From: Tubulanus polymorphus
Lineage: Eukaryota > Animalia > Nemertea
DNA: 64,000 nucleotides
Reading direction: 5' to 3'
Assembly: GCF_964204645.1 (NCBI RefSeq)
Contig: NC_134026.1
Span: 2,255,950 to 2,319,949, forward strand
Part shown: positions 23,489-37,800 of the stretch, one piece after another
Numbering within the stretch: position 1 is the first letter of the stretch
How the letters are laid out: the number at the start of each line of letters is the position of its first letter
The notes under the pieces: model-generated
What the model was told of the DNA's origin: nothing
The model's input: only the letters and a program-made list of their open reading frames with translations
Databases searched by the model: none
Made by a program: the position numbers and the translations under genes

Positions 23489-26400
23489 ATGGATGAAAAA
23501 CGTCGTTCGCCGATTGGTTCAGCGAGAATGGAGGAGGATTCGCCCAGAAAAGAGCGGCACGACATACGTTACCATGGCGATGGTTTATCGCAGGAATCAG
23601 GAACAAACAATAACGAGGATTATAAATACGACGATGAGGAAGACGACGATATGATCGCGGATACCGTATCGAGTATCAACGATAGCGGTATCGAAAACCT
23701 CGCGTCGTCGTCGGTCGCTACGACTTGTTTCTCCGTCGAGAACGAAATAAACGCGTCGGACGAACGACGAGTCGACGGCGATATCGACCGGTCAGTCGAC
23801 GACTCGTCGTCGGAACGCACGGCGTTACTGGCGGATAGCGGCGCGTTGAACCAGGCGAGTTCGTGCGGCTCGGAGTTATCCGGTTATACAACGTCATCGA
23901 TGGAATTACCGGTCTACACTAGTTCGGACTGCGCGAGCGTCACACGCGACGAATACCGTTCGGATTCATTTTTCAACGTCGATGAAGAAGATGAGATCCG
24001 AGCGAACAGTTCGGCGGCCGTCGTCGAATTCCTCGACGAGCGTCGCGGTCACAGTTCACTCGAAGATTCAACTACTCAGGAAATAAAAAACTTAGAGGAT
24101 TATATCGATAAGATGATGGTTTCGGTTGTCGATGTCGGATCATTAACCGATGCTGTAAAAGGAGTCGAGTCGTCGACTGCACAGGCCGCCGAAACGGAGA
24201 ATATCGTCGCTCAAAATCTGGCGCTGGAATTATGCGCGCAAGTTCCGGGATTCAAACCCCCTCCGGCGGAAACCGTGAATGTAGTTTCCGCGCAAATAAC
24301 TGAAGAAATGCGTTCAGAACTTCACGATAACAATAATTTCGTTTCTAAACAGTCTGAAAACACCATGCATACATTTGAATCGGGTTTCGGGGAAAGACTA
24401 GCCGATGATGTTTCGCCTGAGTTCGCACATTCGGATCACCGACTTCAAATGTCCGATATATTTCAACAAGAAGAGACTGTAAATGATAATATAGTTGCTC
24501 AATATATAGCTGAAGATATTGTGCTTAATCATCGTGAGAAGCAGCTGCAAACAGAGTCTTCCTCGTATGATCTATCACCTACTTACACTATTGCGAAAAA
24601 TGAAGAAATGTCTGCTTTGATAGAAATGTACTCGAGTAAGCCGACAGATGGCGCTGCTTCTACGGACTTTACACCGCCGGCGGATCAAGTGCCTTTCGCC
24701 CAATACTGCCTGAACAATATCGAAAGCGGAAATTTCGATCAAGTTCCGTCGCCGGACTTTCGCCAAAAGAAGCCCGGCGATAAAAGTTTCGTGAAAGAAG
24801 TAAAAGATGCCTTAACGAATCACGATTTAGACTCAGTTCAACGTTTGATGGAAAATGTTCACGATAAAGACGAAGTAAGTATTGAAAATATTTCGAATTA
24901 TTGAATATCAGTCTTCGTAATAGATTAGTTTAGAATGTGGTGGTTTTTAATGTATTCATAACCTGGGAATTCACCATTATATTGCACTCCCGGCACACAT
25001 TTATATGCTTTGAATATAAACATGGACACCATGTGCCTTTCAGTGTAATCTAAAATGCTCATAAAACAAATTGATTTCACCGGCTAAATACAGTATGTAA
25101 ACAATTTATAATTCCATTTTGGACCTTCTCATATTTCATAGGCTTCTTGGTAGTCGAAGTCAAACCATGGCCAGAGGACGGGTTGGGCTATTTTAGTTAT
25201 ATGATTCCATTACATATTGTGTTAATATAAACTGAAATTTGAAATTTAGATTTCGCTTAACGCATTTTTTTATTCATCAACCTCGAAATTTATCCTATAA
25301 TACGAATTGTTGTTTAAACCAGGCACGATGGATGATATTGTTCGATATGTTGGAGAACCAGCACGTACAACTACTGGCCCAACAAGCTCAAGAGCATCAC
25401 AACAGCTTGAAGGATTTACACTCGCAGATGGAAGAACAGAGACAGAAACTTACGAATACAGCTTTAACTTATCAACAGCGATTAGCGGCGTACAGCGACG
25501 TGTTGACTGACTGTAAAAATTCAACTACGGGTAAATTTCAAAATTCAGATGCAGGGAAAATTTTATCGCAGACAGTGACAGTGAAATAATTGCTAATAAC
25601 TTGGAAACGAGAAGCTCTTTATGTTAATAATGCAGGGATGAGGTAAAATATGTGTAAAATTTACTAAATTTTGTTTGTCGAAAATTTTTATATTCTTTTC
25701 TGTAGAATTTTTTTAGGAGCATGGTCTGCATACTTGCGTGTATCTTTAGTCATCCATATATTGTCTTGGAATTTGAAATGTGTCAATTTGCCTATTTTCC
25801 TTGTCATCACTGTAAATAAGCGCCATTTAGATTTAAGTAAAATTGTAGGTTTACAATTACAGATAATACTGGTGCAGTTGCTGAGCAGAGTAATTTGTCT
25901 GAAAGTCCAGTAAAAGAGTCCGACATAATGAGCAGTAGTCCGGTGAAATCACCTAACATCGAATCTAGATTATCATCCAGAATCTGCACTCCAACGCTCG
26001 ACAAATTCGAATCTCGTTCTTCGACGAAGATACACGCTCCGACTCTGGAGAAGTACGAGGCTCGTATTTCTCCGATTCGGCCGCTGCGACCTTCACCTTA
26101 CGCGGAACCCTTTCGACCAGCCGTTGATCATCGTCACGTACCTCGACAAATTGATCTGGAGACATCCGTAATGAAAGCTTTAAATTTCCCGCCGCGTTCT
26201 CAGCCGATCGAGGGTGACAAGCCTTACTCGCCGAAGAATATTAGTCCTAGATCAGCTTTCACCGATACAAGGTTAGCATCACCAGATAACTATCAACAAT
26301 ACCTTGAGCACTGAACCACATATCTACATTTGCAGTAATATTTGGTCAATCAAATATAGGGATGGCTTATAGCGATGGCTTATAGCGGGTAAAGTTTCAG

Positions 26401-29400
26401 ATTTTTCGGCTGATTCTGATTATTGAGATTTGGGTACGAATGAGCGGGCAAAATTAAAATTTATAGAAAAATATCTAAAAGAAAAAGATGCTTAGAAACA
26501 TAGGTGACGGACCGACGCTCGATGTGTTTCAGCGTTGATCTGTATTGATGTCCTATAGAATCTTCAATAAGATTAAATTTGATTTGATCATTTTCAGGTA
26601 CCATCCCCGAGGAGGAAATGAAATGTACTCTCATCGTCACCACTATGATCTGTCTAATGATGATGATCATCATCCTAATGATCACGATGAGGAGGTGAAG
26701 GAGCAGGAGAGATATTCAACTCCTCGTAACAAGTACACTTCACATTCGGATCGGTTAAAATCTCCTCGTAATACGTGGTCAGGAGCGTATCGTATATCTA
26801 AAACACAAACATCAGGTAAACTCGATTATTATCAATCAAACCTGAGTCAGGGCGAGTGAATCAAAATTGGCCGCCCTGTCAAAGAAACGAGGAGCCAGTC
26901 CTACAGTTGAATTTTGATCGGAGATCAAACATATTGAAATGAACTCATTTTAACTCTTTAATTCAATCTTAACTCAGATCTATGGAATTGGGTTCTGATG
27001 ATCTAAAAATTCTACTATATTTGGTTAAACCTCGGCAAAATACGATGAACCATGTTTGACGTTTTAGAGCATTTATATGTTTGTAATTTTAGAGCCATTA
27101 CGTTGCTTTTCTCCCGTATCTCATAGCGATACGATCAGCACCGATGAATTATTCTTAGTGATCCCCGGACCTTCAACTGTTGAACAAGATTCGGTAAAGA
27201 AAAGCCTCATAAACTACCTCAGTCTCGATAAAGTTTAAACTGATTCAGCGACTAATGATTGTATTTTACTTGTATTTCAGATACCGGAGATCGATATTTC
27301 GAACACGAACGTGTTAGAAACACCCGATAAAGAACAAGATAGAATGGACAAACAAGAATCTCCATTGAATACAACATTTACGCTGACACCAGGCAGCGAG
27401 CAGAAAGATGCAGCGGAAATACCAGCGGCCAATCAACAACACACAACTAGTGAAATTAGATCTGAAGATAATTGTTCTTTCATTAACAGTTCTGCCAGGT
27501 AGTTTTACCGTCAGTTCACTCTTTGAAGTTGGTTAATCAGAAATGAACTGATATCAAACCGGTGCGGTTGATTTTGTTTAAATCCGTGAAATATTTTGTG
27601 TTTTTTCATTCCAGTTCTAGGATGCACCTACGCGAAAAGCACGCTCGGCATATGGCCGATTTGCGATCGTTTTACGAGGCAGAGATATCCGAATTAAAAG
27701 ATCAATTACACGCGATACAAGAAACGAACACAGAATCTCATAATTTACGACAACGCCTGCTCGAACGAGAAATGGAAGAAAAAACGCTTTATCTGGAAAA
27801 ACGTTTAAAAGCTTCGAAAGAACACAGCGAACAAGTGGGAAAACACTTGCAAGAGTTACAAAAGTATGTAATCATTCAAATAATGTAAACTGGTCTGAAA
27901 ATTATGGGAGAAGAAGTATTTTATATTTTACTTTGAATTTTAGCGAGGTTCATGAAAAGCAGCGTAGAATTTGGGAATTAGAGTATCTCGTAGTAAGTGA
28001 TTTGAAAATTGTTGATCGATACAATTTGAATCGGTTAAAAGCGGGTAGATTTCGAATGATCATTGTTTTAATGATTGAATTTTATTCGAAGGACGACACA
28101 GAGCGTAGATACAACCAGAGTCAAACTGCTCTCGACGCCGGCAAACTGATGAATGAACAAGTTTCCAGATTATTGAAAGAGAAAGACGCACAAATCGCCG
28201 AACTCCAAGCCGAAAAACGAAGATTACAAAATGCATACGATGATGCTCAGAGGGTAAATCGTTTATCGATTTACTCGTAGATTGAATTTGTGAAAACGAA
28301 CTGATTTTGATCCGGTCAAACTTTATCCACAACTGTACCGTCCATCTGTCAGTCAAAGCTTACTTACATTGAACCTTTGCCAAAAAAAGCCTTTCCCAGT
28401 GGAAACCATTTTCATTCTGATTACGGCCAATAACTTGATCATTTTGTCATGTTTTCAGGTTGTTGATGATTATGAGAAAGTTCGCCGCGAGCGAAGATCT
28501 GCCCAGGTACAATTTCTCGAATTTCCTTCTTTGCGTCCATTTTGTTCATATAATCGTTATATCTTGTTTGTTGCTCTCTATTGCAGACTGCTCTCAGTAA
28601 TGCTGAAGCTCTGATATTTGACACTAAGTCTGAATTATCTGAATATAAAAGGTGAATTTGGTTTTGAATTTGTAAGTAATCCATACACGATCGGGTGAAA
28701 TAAACCGTTGTGTTTCAAAATCGAAATCATTTCTGTTTCAGTCGTGTGGCAAAAATGGAGATCGAACAAAAACGTATGGAAAGAGAAAACGATATGTTAC
28801 ATAAACGCTTGAATCAAGCTCGGTACGTTACGACTGAATTCAGAGGTGCATTGTTAACACTCATGCCGTTTCTTACAGTATGTACAATGCTTTCATTCTA
28901 GTCACTCAGATCGTACACAAGAAGCTTCGCACATCGATGGACTTTGGAGTGACTTTTCGAAACGACCGAAAAGTATATCGGATGTCCCATATAGCGGGCG
29001 TATCGCGTCACCCCTCAGAGAAAATCTCAGGTTTGTTGAGAAAACGTTTTTAAGAAGTTCAATTGAATATCCATCGAACAGTCGTAAGTAATTTGAATAA
29101 ACTCCTAAAATAGGTCACAGACGTTTGCCGCGGAGAGAGCGATGACGATTTTCTCCGGAAGTCCGCGGCGATCGAATCGATCTCGAGATGAAGATGCCGA
29201 ATTGCGGTCGAGAGTCGCGGAAGTTTTAGCCGGAAACAAGGCGAATAAAAATCTATGCGCGTCGCCTACGAAACTGATAAAACACGATGAAACACCGCTG
29301 AGTTCAAATAGGTCGACTCAAGCGAGACAGACTAATGGTATGTTTTAAATTCTAGAATATAGAATTCAACTCATCAGTAAACATTCTTTTGACATGATTC

Positions 29401-30793
29401 GTCATCATTTGCGACGTATTTGTAACTACTAATCGAGTATTTGTTGTTTACACTTCTTACATTTACTGATATTAACCTGTGTTTATTAAGGTATCGTTGA
29501 AAAAATAACCACAGAAACCTCTCCCCCGACTCGTGATACTAACTATAAAAAAGGTGATGGTGAGAATAAAGAGAATGAGTTACACATTGATTTAAATCTA
29601 TTGAATGTAAAGGATGAAAATGCAGGTAAGTTGTTTATAGGTCTGACGAGATTAATCAAGCAAGCATGTACAGTCAATGCCTATTGTAACGCCATCGTCA
29701 GGACAGAGAAAAATACGTTGTCCTGAATTTTGCATTAGAGAGAATGCTATTTTCAATGAATTTGAGTGAGATTTGGCATAATTTGTTGGTGTTAAGTGAG
29801 CTCTGACATTATATTGATGATGATTGCAATATAACATGCTTTGACTTGTAATCCATTATTACTTTTAATTTACAATGTATAGGAGATAAATGTTTTATCG
29901 CCATTCCCGATACTTATGTTTTTTGCATTTCTAAAAATGTAATAATTGATTCATTATTAACTTGTTTCAGTTGAAATCAATGAAGAAGTAAAAGAAAAGT
30001 CAGCATCAGTGAATGCTGGTAATAGATCTGAAGAGGTTCATGGAGCTCTGAGTCCAGAGCCGAGATTAGTGACTTCACCTCGAGCTTTCGCCGCTGTTCG
30101 TCCGACTGTTAGTTTTAACACGCCGACCTCGTCGAACGCCTTCAAACCAATTTCTCTACAAGATCGCCGATCACCTTTGGTAAGCACCGAAGATATCTCA
30201 TACCTGATTTATCGCTTATTATGTGAATGAATTTTACTCTTAACCGTTCCCTAACCTTTTCATCCTAGGTGTCTGAATTACCGACTGATACCGACGAAAG
30301 GTGGAAAGTGATTAGTAGCCTGGAAAAACGATTCGATGAACTTCAAATGGAGAAACGAACGGTAAATATAGAAATCAATTACATTCTTGATTCCTCTAAC
30401 AAGTGAAATTCCAACTCTTGTTCACTCTTTCCGATGGGAGCTGTTTATCCAAAAATCTTCAGGATAGTAACCTAAGCTAACGTGTTGCGTGTGTATCTTT
30501 TACTGCATCTTAAACTGTTATTGAGTCATCCATTATCTAATGTTGTAGGTGGAAGCTGCTTTAAGTCACATTCCGGTATCAGGAGCTCGAGCTAACAGAC
30601 AAAGCAGAGTTGAAAAGGTAAACTCTTGCTACTTACCGGTATTTAAACTAAGAAGATTCCACGGATTTAACTAAATATGTTTTTGGTATTTTTGTAGGAA
30701 CGCTTGGAGGAGAAACTTGATCAGATTGACAAAGATCTAGGCTCACTTCGGATGACTCTGAAACGTTACCATGTCCTTAAATCAACGATCTGA
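23489..30793 (+). CDS. MPHOSPH9: M-phase phosphoprotein 9 (centriolar coiled-coil protein)
   Basis: Exons 23489-24874, 25323-25530, 25863-26271, 26598-26815, 27093-27193, 27281-27498, then ~27615-27863 and about a dozen short exons to 30699-30793. Recognisable blocks: ARWMILFDMLENQHVQLLAQQ, HLREKHARHMADLRSFYEAEISELKDQL, C-terminus RLEEKLDQIDKDLGSLRMTLKRYHVLKSTI*. Confidence 0.88.
26891..26994. mobile_element. Degenerate family-A-like MITE
   Basis: GGAGCCAGTCCTACAG...TTAACTCAGATCTATGGAATTGGGTT resembles family A ends. Confidence 0.5.
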
Positions 30794-31635
30794 TGAGCAG
30801 TGATGTGATAGAATAACGAAGCGTGATATATTTGTTGTTCATCATGGATGCCTATTGAGAAACTGTCCCTGAGATTTGCTGAACTTCTGTTGTAAATAAT
30901 AGACCCATGATAGCTTACAAAGGTTGTACATGAAGGAAATTTAAGATAACGTTATAACTGAAATACCAGTAGATCAAACCTACCGGTATGTTTTAAAACA
31001 AAATGGATTGGACTGGAATAATGATCAAAATGAATTATACAGAAGTATGTGATATGCAATGAACACTGCCTTCCAGGAGCTAGTTCTTATTAGTTTTGAG
31101 CTAAACTTCGATTCAAACTTAACCTATAACGGTTTAAGATATTTTCTCCTGAAATGAGATGTATTATATGTGTGTTTAAACATTTATATGCTCTATATTT
31201 TCGTATGAAATTCATCTATATTCCCAAACACTGTCATACGTATTGTTATATAACGCGGTTGTGATTTATGCTTTATGGAAACTAGGTTTAACTCGGGTTT
31301 ATTGGAGTAGTAAAACCTGTCATTAGATATTGATATTTTTGATTTACATAGTTTATGTTATAGAATAATAGTGCTTGTAATAACTATGAAATATATTTTT
31401 GGGCTGGTCCCTGAATAAATACATTTACTCTCAAAAGTTTGTTTGTTATATCATGGAATTCTGGTTATATCTTGTCCTAGTATCAATCTGCAGCAGAACT
31501 CCAATGTCGCACGGAAAGGCTATAAAGGATCGAAATTTGGAAGAATGGTGATTTATCGAATCTGAGTATCGGTAGAGGCGATATGTAGAAACTTAAGTTC
31601 CTGTGCTAAGCGATAGATGGCGAATAGGTGCTACA

Positions 31636-31656
31636 AACCCGGAAGTAAAATGGTAA
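31636..31656 (+). promoter_or_regulatory. ETS (CCGGAAGT) and YY1-like (AAAATGG) motifs at putative RhoGAP promoter
   Basis: AACCCGGAAGTAAAATGGTAA, ~220 bp downstream of the MPHOSPH9 AATAAA (31414) and ~110 bp upstream of a coding-like exon at 31766. Confidence 0.45.
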
Positions 31657-31813
31657 CCTATCTAGTAATGAAAACATGTTGCGGATAAAATGCTCTTAAA
31701 AAGACACTCTTCGTACTGAAAACAGGCTTGGATTAAAGTATGCTGCATCAGGATATTAACTGCAGCGTAAACTGGTTGAAAGCTTTGTAAATGATCGATC
31801 ATTGAGGTTCGGT

Positions 31814-34800
31814 ATGGCCTCGTTAGGCAGGAAATTCTCCTCAAAATTGACCCGCTTGAAGCGACCGAATTCCTTCTCCCCCACACCATCACCGCTTGCA
31901 AGTCCAAGTCCATCCTCGAGGCCTATTGTAAGTATCATTTTCCTGTTACTCGTCTGTGTAATTGTACTGAATAGATAGGATAATACAAACATTCAGATGT
32001 CAACGTAATGTATAATTTCTGAATTATTCCTATGCTCTGCGTTCCTGTTCCTTACACCAGGCTTAAGGTACAGGTATGATACTTTTCCTGAATTGAAGCT
32101 TTGGTTTTGCCATTCCATTTCCATTTTAATGCTTTGCTTTTCTATATTGGTCAGGTAATATCTAATGGCATAGATGTAGAGAAGAAAATAACTAGAGAAG
32201 AAATGATAATCATCTATGAAACTGCTTTATTAGATTTACAGTCTAGAGAATACGTGAGCAATAAACACACTACTACAATTCAATTCTGATTTCAATTAAG
32301 ATTCATTGCTTTTGACTAATAACAAAATTACATTCGCCAGACACGACAATAAGATACAAATTGGATGCTTGATATGATTCGATTATGATTTGTTACTGAT
32401 GCCTATTTGGTGTAGGTATCCCATAAACCCACCACACCCGCCAGAAGCATAGCCTATTTGGAGTATACTAGGCCTATAGGCCTAGGCCTCACAGCATTTC
32501 TTGTGTTGTAATCTTCTGTATGATAATACAGTCCCTCGGCAGTCTAATAATAAAGATCTGACTGACTGATTATCAGTGATGTTCCCCATCTGCAGCACTA
32601 AACAGCTCGGTAAACAGGATATTTGTACTCAATTCAATGCTTCTGTAAGCTACAGATACATCATGCTGTGTAGAGATATTTCCTAATACTTCAGGTAAGC
32701 GCTAGTAATACGTGGCCTAGAAGATGATTCTCTTCCTACCAGTATAGGTGCATAGACAACTGGCTAAGCCATTTGGTAGGCTTATGGTATTGGCCGTAGA
32801 CTTAGTGACTTAGTTCTTAATGAGTTCCTAAAAAGACAGTTCTGTTAGGTCTAGTTAATCTTACAATATTAAACGTTGTAGGCTTTCCTAACCATTTCAA
32901 TGCCATCTTTTCTGTAATGATTGTTAACTTAACGAAAAATCTATGAAAACCACTAGGCCTAATTTTTTTTTAGTCCAGAACTTCAATTTCTTTGAGCATT
33001 TTAGAATGTATAAACAACTATGTATGACGAAAGGGGAGGGAAAGCATTGATAATCTAACCAGTTGTATGTATATATTAGAAACTTTCACATCCATTTTGA
33101 AAATCATAATTGTGAATTTCTTTGTTTCAAAGAATTTTCATATATTTCTGTGTTACGATTGATGGAAAAATATAATCTGCTTTCATCTACTATAACTTTG
33201 AATTTTCGAGAAATTCACCGACTAATTGCGTCGCGTGTTTCGCTGTTCCCCAGCTGAGGCCGATACCATTAGCACTGTGTCCATAATTATGTACTACCTG
33301 TGAAACAAGAATTTAGCCATAGTTAGATGAAGTTCCTGCAAGTACCCCCTTCTGTTTCTGCTTAGGGTCTTTGCTGATATTCTCTGAATTTGGATTGGGT
33401 ATTCTCTGAATTAGGATTGATCGTCAATAAGTTTTCTACACTACACCCCGAAAGTGAACTCCGCGATCAGAGGCCTCTATCCATCCCAACATCTTTTTCT
33501 CTGGCATTCTTCAGAGAACACATAGGATTCAAGTTGTCAAGTAAAATTTGAAAAGGGATTCAGATATTAGGAGGAAAGTCTCTGTGGTGGATTTTCTTTC
33601 TATCTTTGATTTTTATGAGGGAGGAGATGAATCAGAATTCTAAATGCCGATACCTTTAGAGTTTTCGAACCGAATTTCATCACTTCTTTTTCAAGCCGTA
33701 CTGGTTCACGTGTCGGCCGTAGTCCGACACCGACGCTTATTCTCTTCGCATACTGAAGAGAGAATTAAAACCGATGAAGCTTCAATCTAAATCTGCGATC
33801 ACGCCGAGACGATTCGGCCAGGACCAGACCTGAGTCTGATTTATCCCATGCCTTATAGGTGAATGCGTTCATCACTCACTCGATAACATGCTACCAAATT
33901 GATGGCAAGTGAGGTCTTTCAGAACTAATTAAATGGGTCTGATGTTTTTGGTCGGGCCAAATTTGGTTGTTACCAGCACCAGTGTGAACAGCTAGTATCG
34001 AGGAAATGAATATTGAATGTTTGTAATTCTTCCTTACTTTGAGCGATGGCATAAATTCGACTGCCTTTTTCCAAATCAGTTCGGTATCTTTTGGATCTTC
34101 TTCCGTATTCCAATTGTTCGCCTGGCGAACAGTACCAACCATTAAGTAGCTTTTACTGTTACAGAAATTATCATATATTAGACATACAATTGAAGTATAT
34201 GTCTCTTTGTAATGATTGACAGTCATCAACGCACACTCACCGGGGATCGAACCCGGAGGAGGGGGGAGGGGGAGGGGGATCGAAACCCGGGTCTCGCATC
34301 GCGCGTAGAAAGCAAGCGTGCTAATCAGTAGAATCAGAACTAGTCCACTAGACGAGCGGTTTGTGTAAATGCGTAGCGACTTACCCAGCTATGATGTATA
34401 CTCCACTTTCTGCATAATATGAGAATTTAATCCATGGGGCTTCAACACGAATAACCTGTCCTCTGATCGGGTAGACTGATTCATCATTGAGCAGGTGTCT
34501 AGCTCCCAGACCGCAGCATGTCACCACAACATCATATTTTCCAACTAATGGTGCTAAGGAGTTCAGTTTACAAACTTCGATTCTTCCACCCCTCGATTTA
34601 AACCTGATGACGATACATGTAATAATTATTGTTACTTGTACCTTGGAGTAATCGTTGAATTCAATGATTACTCCGAGCTTGTACAGCATTGGAACCTTTG
34701 ATTAGAAGTTCAAGAATGCAGTCCTCGGGAACAACTAAGCGGCGTGGAATAAAACTATATCCAGCGGCCGTATTTTTGTACTGATGGTATGACATTGATA

Positions 34801-37800
34801 GAAGAGCTGTTATTAAAGTACTAATTTTTTAGTTAATCATGATAGTTTAAGGATGTAATGACAATTTCATTTTTTATGACATTTATCGGAGGTTTAACTC
34901 GTTAGACTGGATGAGGACTATATCAAAATAATGATCAAAGAGAAACAGTGCGCATAATTTTAGGTGAAGTCTTACTTGTTAGTGAGCCAAGGTAAATATT
35001 TCGTTCCTTCCATTATAGTTGTAACAAAGTTGATGCCAAATCTACAATATAAGTAAATAAGAATGATGAACTGAATATCACTGATTTCACGAGGTGACTA
35101 CATATTTTCACGTCTTGTAGTTTATCTTATTGCGCACTCACTTGTAGCCAGGAAAATGTTTTAATTCATCCTCGGAAAGTGTTCTGTATCCGTCAAGATC
35201 TTTGCCAAATAGAGGTTCCTTTAAAAAAACCCTCTCATCTATTTATTGAGTAATAAACATGAAACATTTTTGAGAGAATCAATTCGAATCCAATGATTTA
35301 GATCTGAAAGTGGCTATTGCTTCCTTGTATTGTGGAATAAAGTCTCTCGATTTTTATCGATAAAGATATCACGCGGTATATCAATATAACCTATGATAGG
35401 CCTACACGCATTATTTCCCAATATTTGGGCTCAGATCGTTACCTGAGGTTTTTCATAGAACAGCTGATAGACCGGTCGTGGCGCTATCCCGCAATCGGGC
35501 GACTCAGCCGAGTAAGCTAACTTGTTAAAGAATTCAAATGAATCACGATTCCATCGTCTGAAAGATGAGTAAGATCCGATGAGATTTTAGTCGAACAACA
35601 ACGTATCAAAAGTGAAGAAAATAGATATACCCACGTGAGAACGTCGACAGGAGTACCCGGTGTATATTTCGTCGTTACTCTCAATAGTCCAGCAGCCACC
35701 GTACTGACAGTATCTGTACCAAATCTATCGGCAATTATAGTTATATCAGCTGATGGATATGTGTCTTGTAAGCACACAGCTGTCGCGAGACCTACGGCAC
35801 CGGCACCGACAACGGCAATTTTTGGATATTTGCGCGACATGATGATGTATTCACCTTAAAGAAATTTCAAGAAATTAATACATTATCGTGAGATCGCTTT
35901 ATATCAAAATTTCGTGAAGTCTATTTACACGTTTTCTTTTTGGTTATATAGCTACCTACCTAAGTTCCTGGTGCACCGTCAGACGATCAGTAACTGGTGT
36001 AAAGTTTGTCTCGTCTCATTTATATTTGACTGTTCAAGATAAGGCCAGAAGAATATTGAACGAATTTCAATTATCTATTATGTATTTACTGGCTTGTAGC
36101 CTTGATCGGGGTCACTAAAAGACGAGAATCCCAACAAAGTCAGAAACGGCTAAGTCAGCAAATTTGTACATATTGATCTGCAATCAGCATCTATTAATTT
36201 TCTTCTACTGCAACAAATTGATCATCCAGATTATTGATGACGTTTGAATTTATGAAATATATTTGATTGCAAAATAAACACCAAAATTCACATTTGTTAT
36301 TGATATTTTGAAATGGTAATATTGATGACGTAGCGCACAGAGACTCAGAACCCCTTAGATAACGCATACTAGGTATCAATTTAAACATTATTGTAACGGT
36401 TTTTACGGCGCCACAAATAATGTGTTACATCAGTATTTATCAATGACTGTGACAGAGCAGGGGTTGGGTCCACTTCCCTGGACAGATAAGGTTCTTAGCT
36501 CACGAATAAGAAACTTTGGTTGTTAATATAAGATTTATTTATGGTTGACACTGGAGGCGCGAGAGTCCAGCAAGTGACCGCACGAAATAGTCTGAGAATG
36601 AAAAGAGAGGTATGCGCCTCTTGGTTTTATAGCCATTGAAGATATGACATTGTTAAATCTCAGACAGTAAGCAGAAATCTAGACATTGACCTTTGGACTT
36701 TGATTGATCTGGTAATTCTGTGTCCTGAGCACTTGTCTTATGAAAAAAAATTCTCTTAATTCATAAAATGATCATTACAGTATTCATTGAATAATGTGGC
36801 AACCCATTTTTTTATGGTGGCTGAATCGGGACATTTTTCATGTGTGCGTTCAACTCCAACTGTTTCCAATGTTTCAGCTGAGTCAACCAAACCGAACGTG
36901 GTTTAGTGCCTGCTTTTTCGGAAGACCACGAAGATGATTTTACTTCCTTGAAATGGAAACTAAGGATAAAGCATTCGCTGACAAACGATATCAATCTTGA
37001 CCAGTTTATTTCACATAAAACACTGCAGAATTTGTTTACTTAAATAAGTTAATTTGTGCTTGACGCCGCCTCTGAATTCGTGTCTAATCATTGGCATTAT
37101 CATTATTTTAATCATGTCTGTGATCATTGAAATATAATCGAGATATGACACAAATTTTTACCTTTAATCAGTGCTGTAGCTCGGTATCCAGCATCGAGGT
37201 AACACAGTGAGTACAAGATGAGCTTTTCACAGTGTCAGTATAGTTTGCCACTGAGATATGCCTAGTGTACACTGATGTATATGTTATGTACAAAAAACTG
37301 TTTGATAATATATATAGAGTAAGCCGATGAAGGTCGTTTTTTGTTCCAGTGTAAACGGTTGAGTCGTCACTAATCTGAGAAAGGAATTAGATATAGCCGC
37401 GTCATTCACAGTACGTTATTTAGAACTCGAATGTAGTTTTTCTATTTTTAGCCTTCAATAATGGGATTATTATGTTCATTTTTATCCATTTATCGATAGA
37501 ATCAAGTTATGAACGCTATTACAGATTGTGGTGGTCAGAGTCGTGCTGGCACTTAACGTTTTTGAAGACTTCATTTGAAATGTCGAAGATGTTTCGATCT
37601 TGGAAGTTTATCATATGTATGACCCCTTATTATGAAAAAAAAGGGTTGGGTCTGAAATCCTGGACAAGAAACTTTCACATTGTTTTCTTGAAAGCTATTG
37701 AAAATAGTTCAGTTCTCTTGGTTCTTCGAGTTGATTTTTGTTTTCTCGTAGATGATCTCCTGTCAGTGTCTGTTGTATGCATTCTCTGAATGCCTCGTTC

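Noticed and set aside
25142-25180. Possible extra MPHOSPH9 exon
   Set aside because: In the required phase it reads ASW*; 24874 joins 25323 in frame without it.
31756-31992. Minus-strand 78-aa ORF
   Set aside because: Better explained as the antisense of the plus-strand exon with a strong GTAAGT donor.
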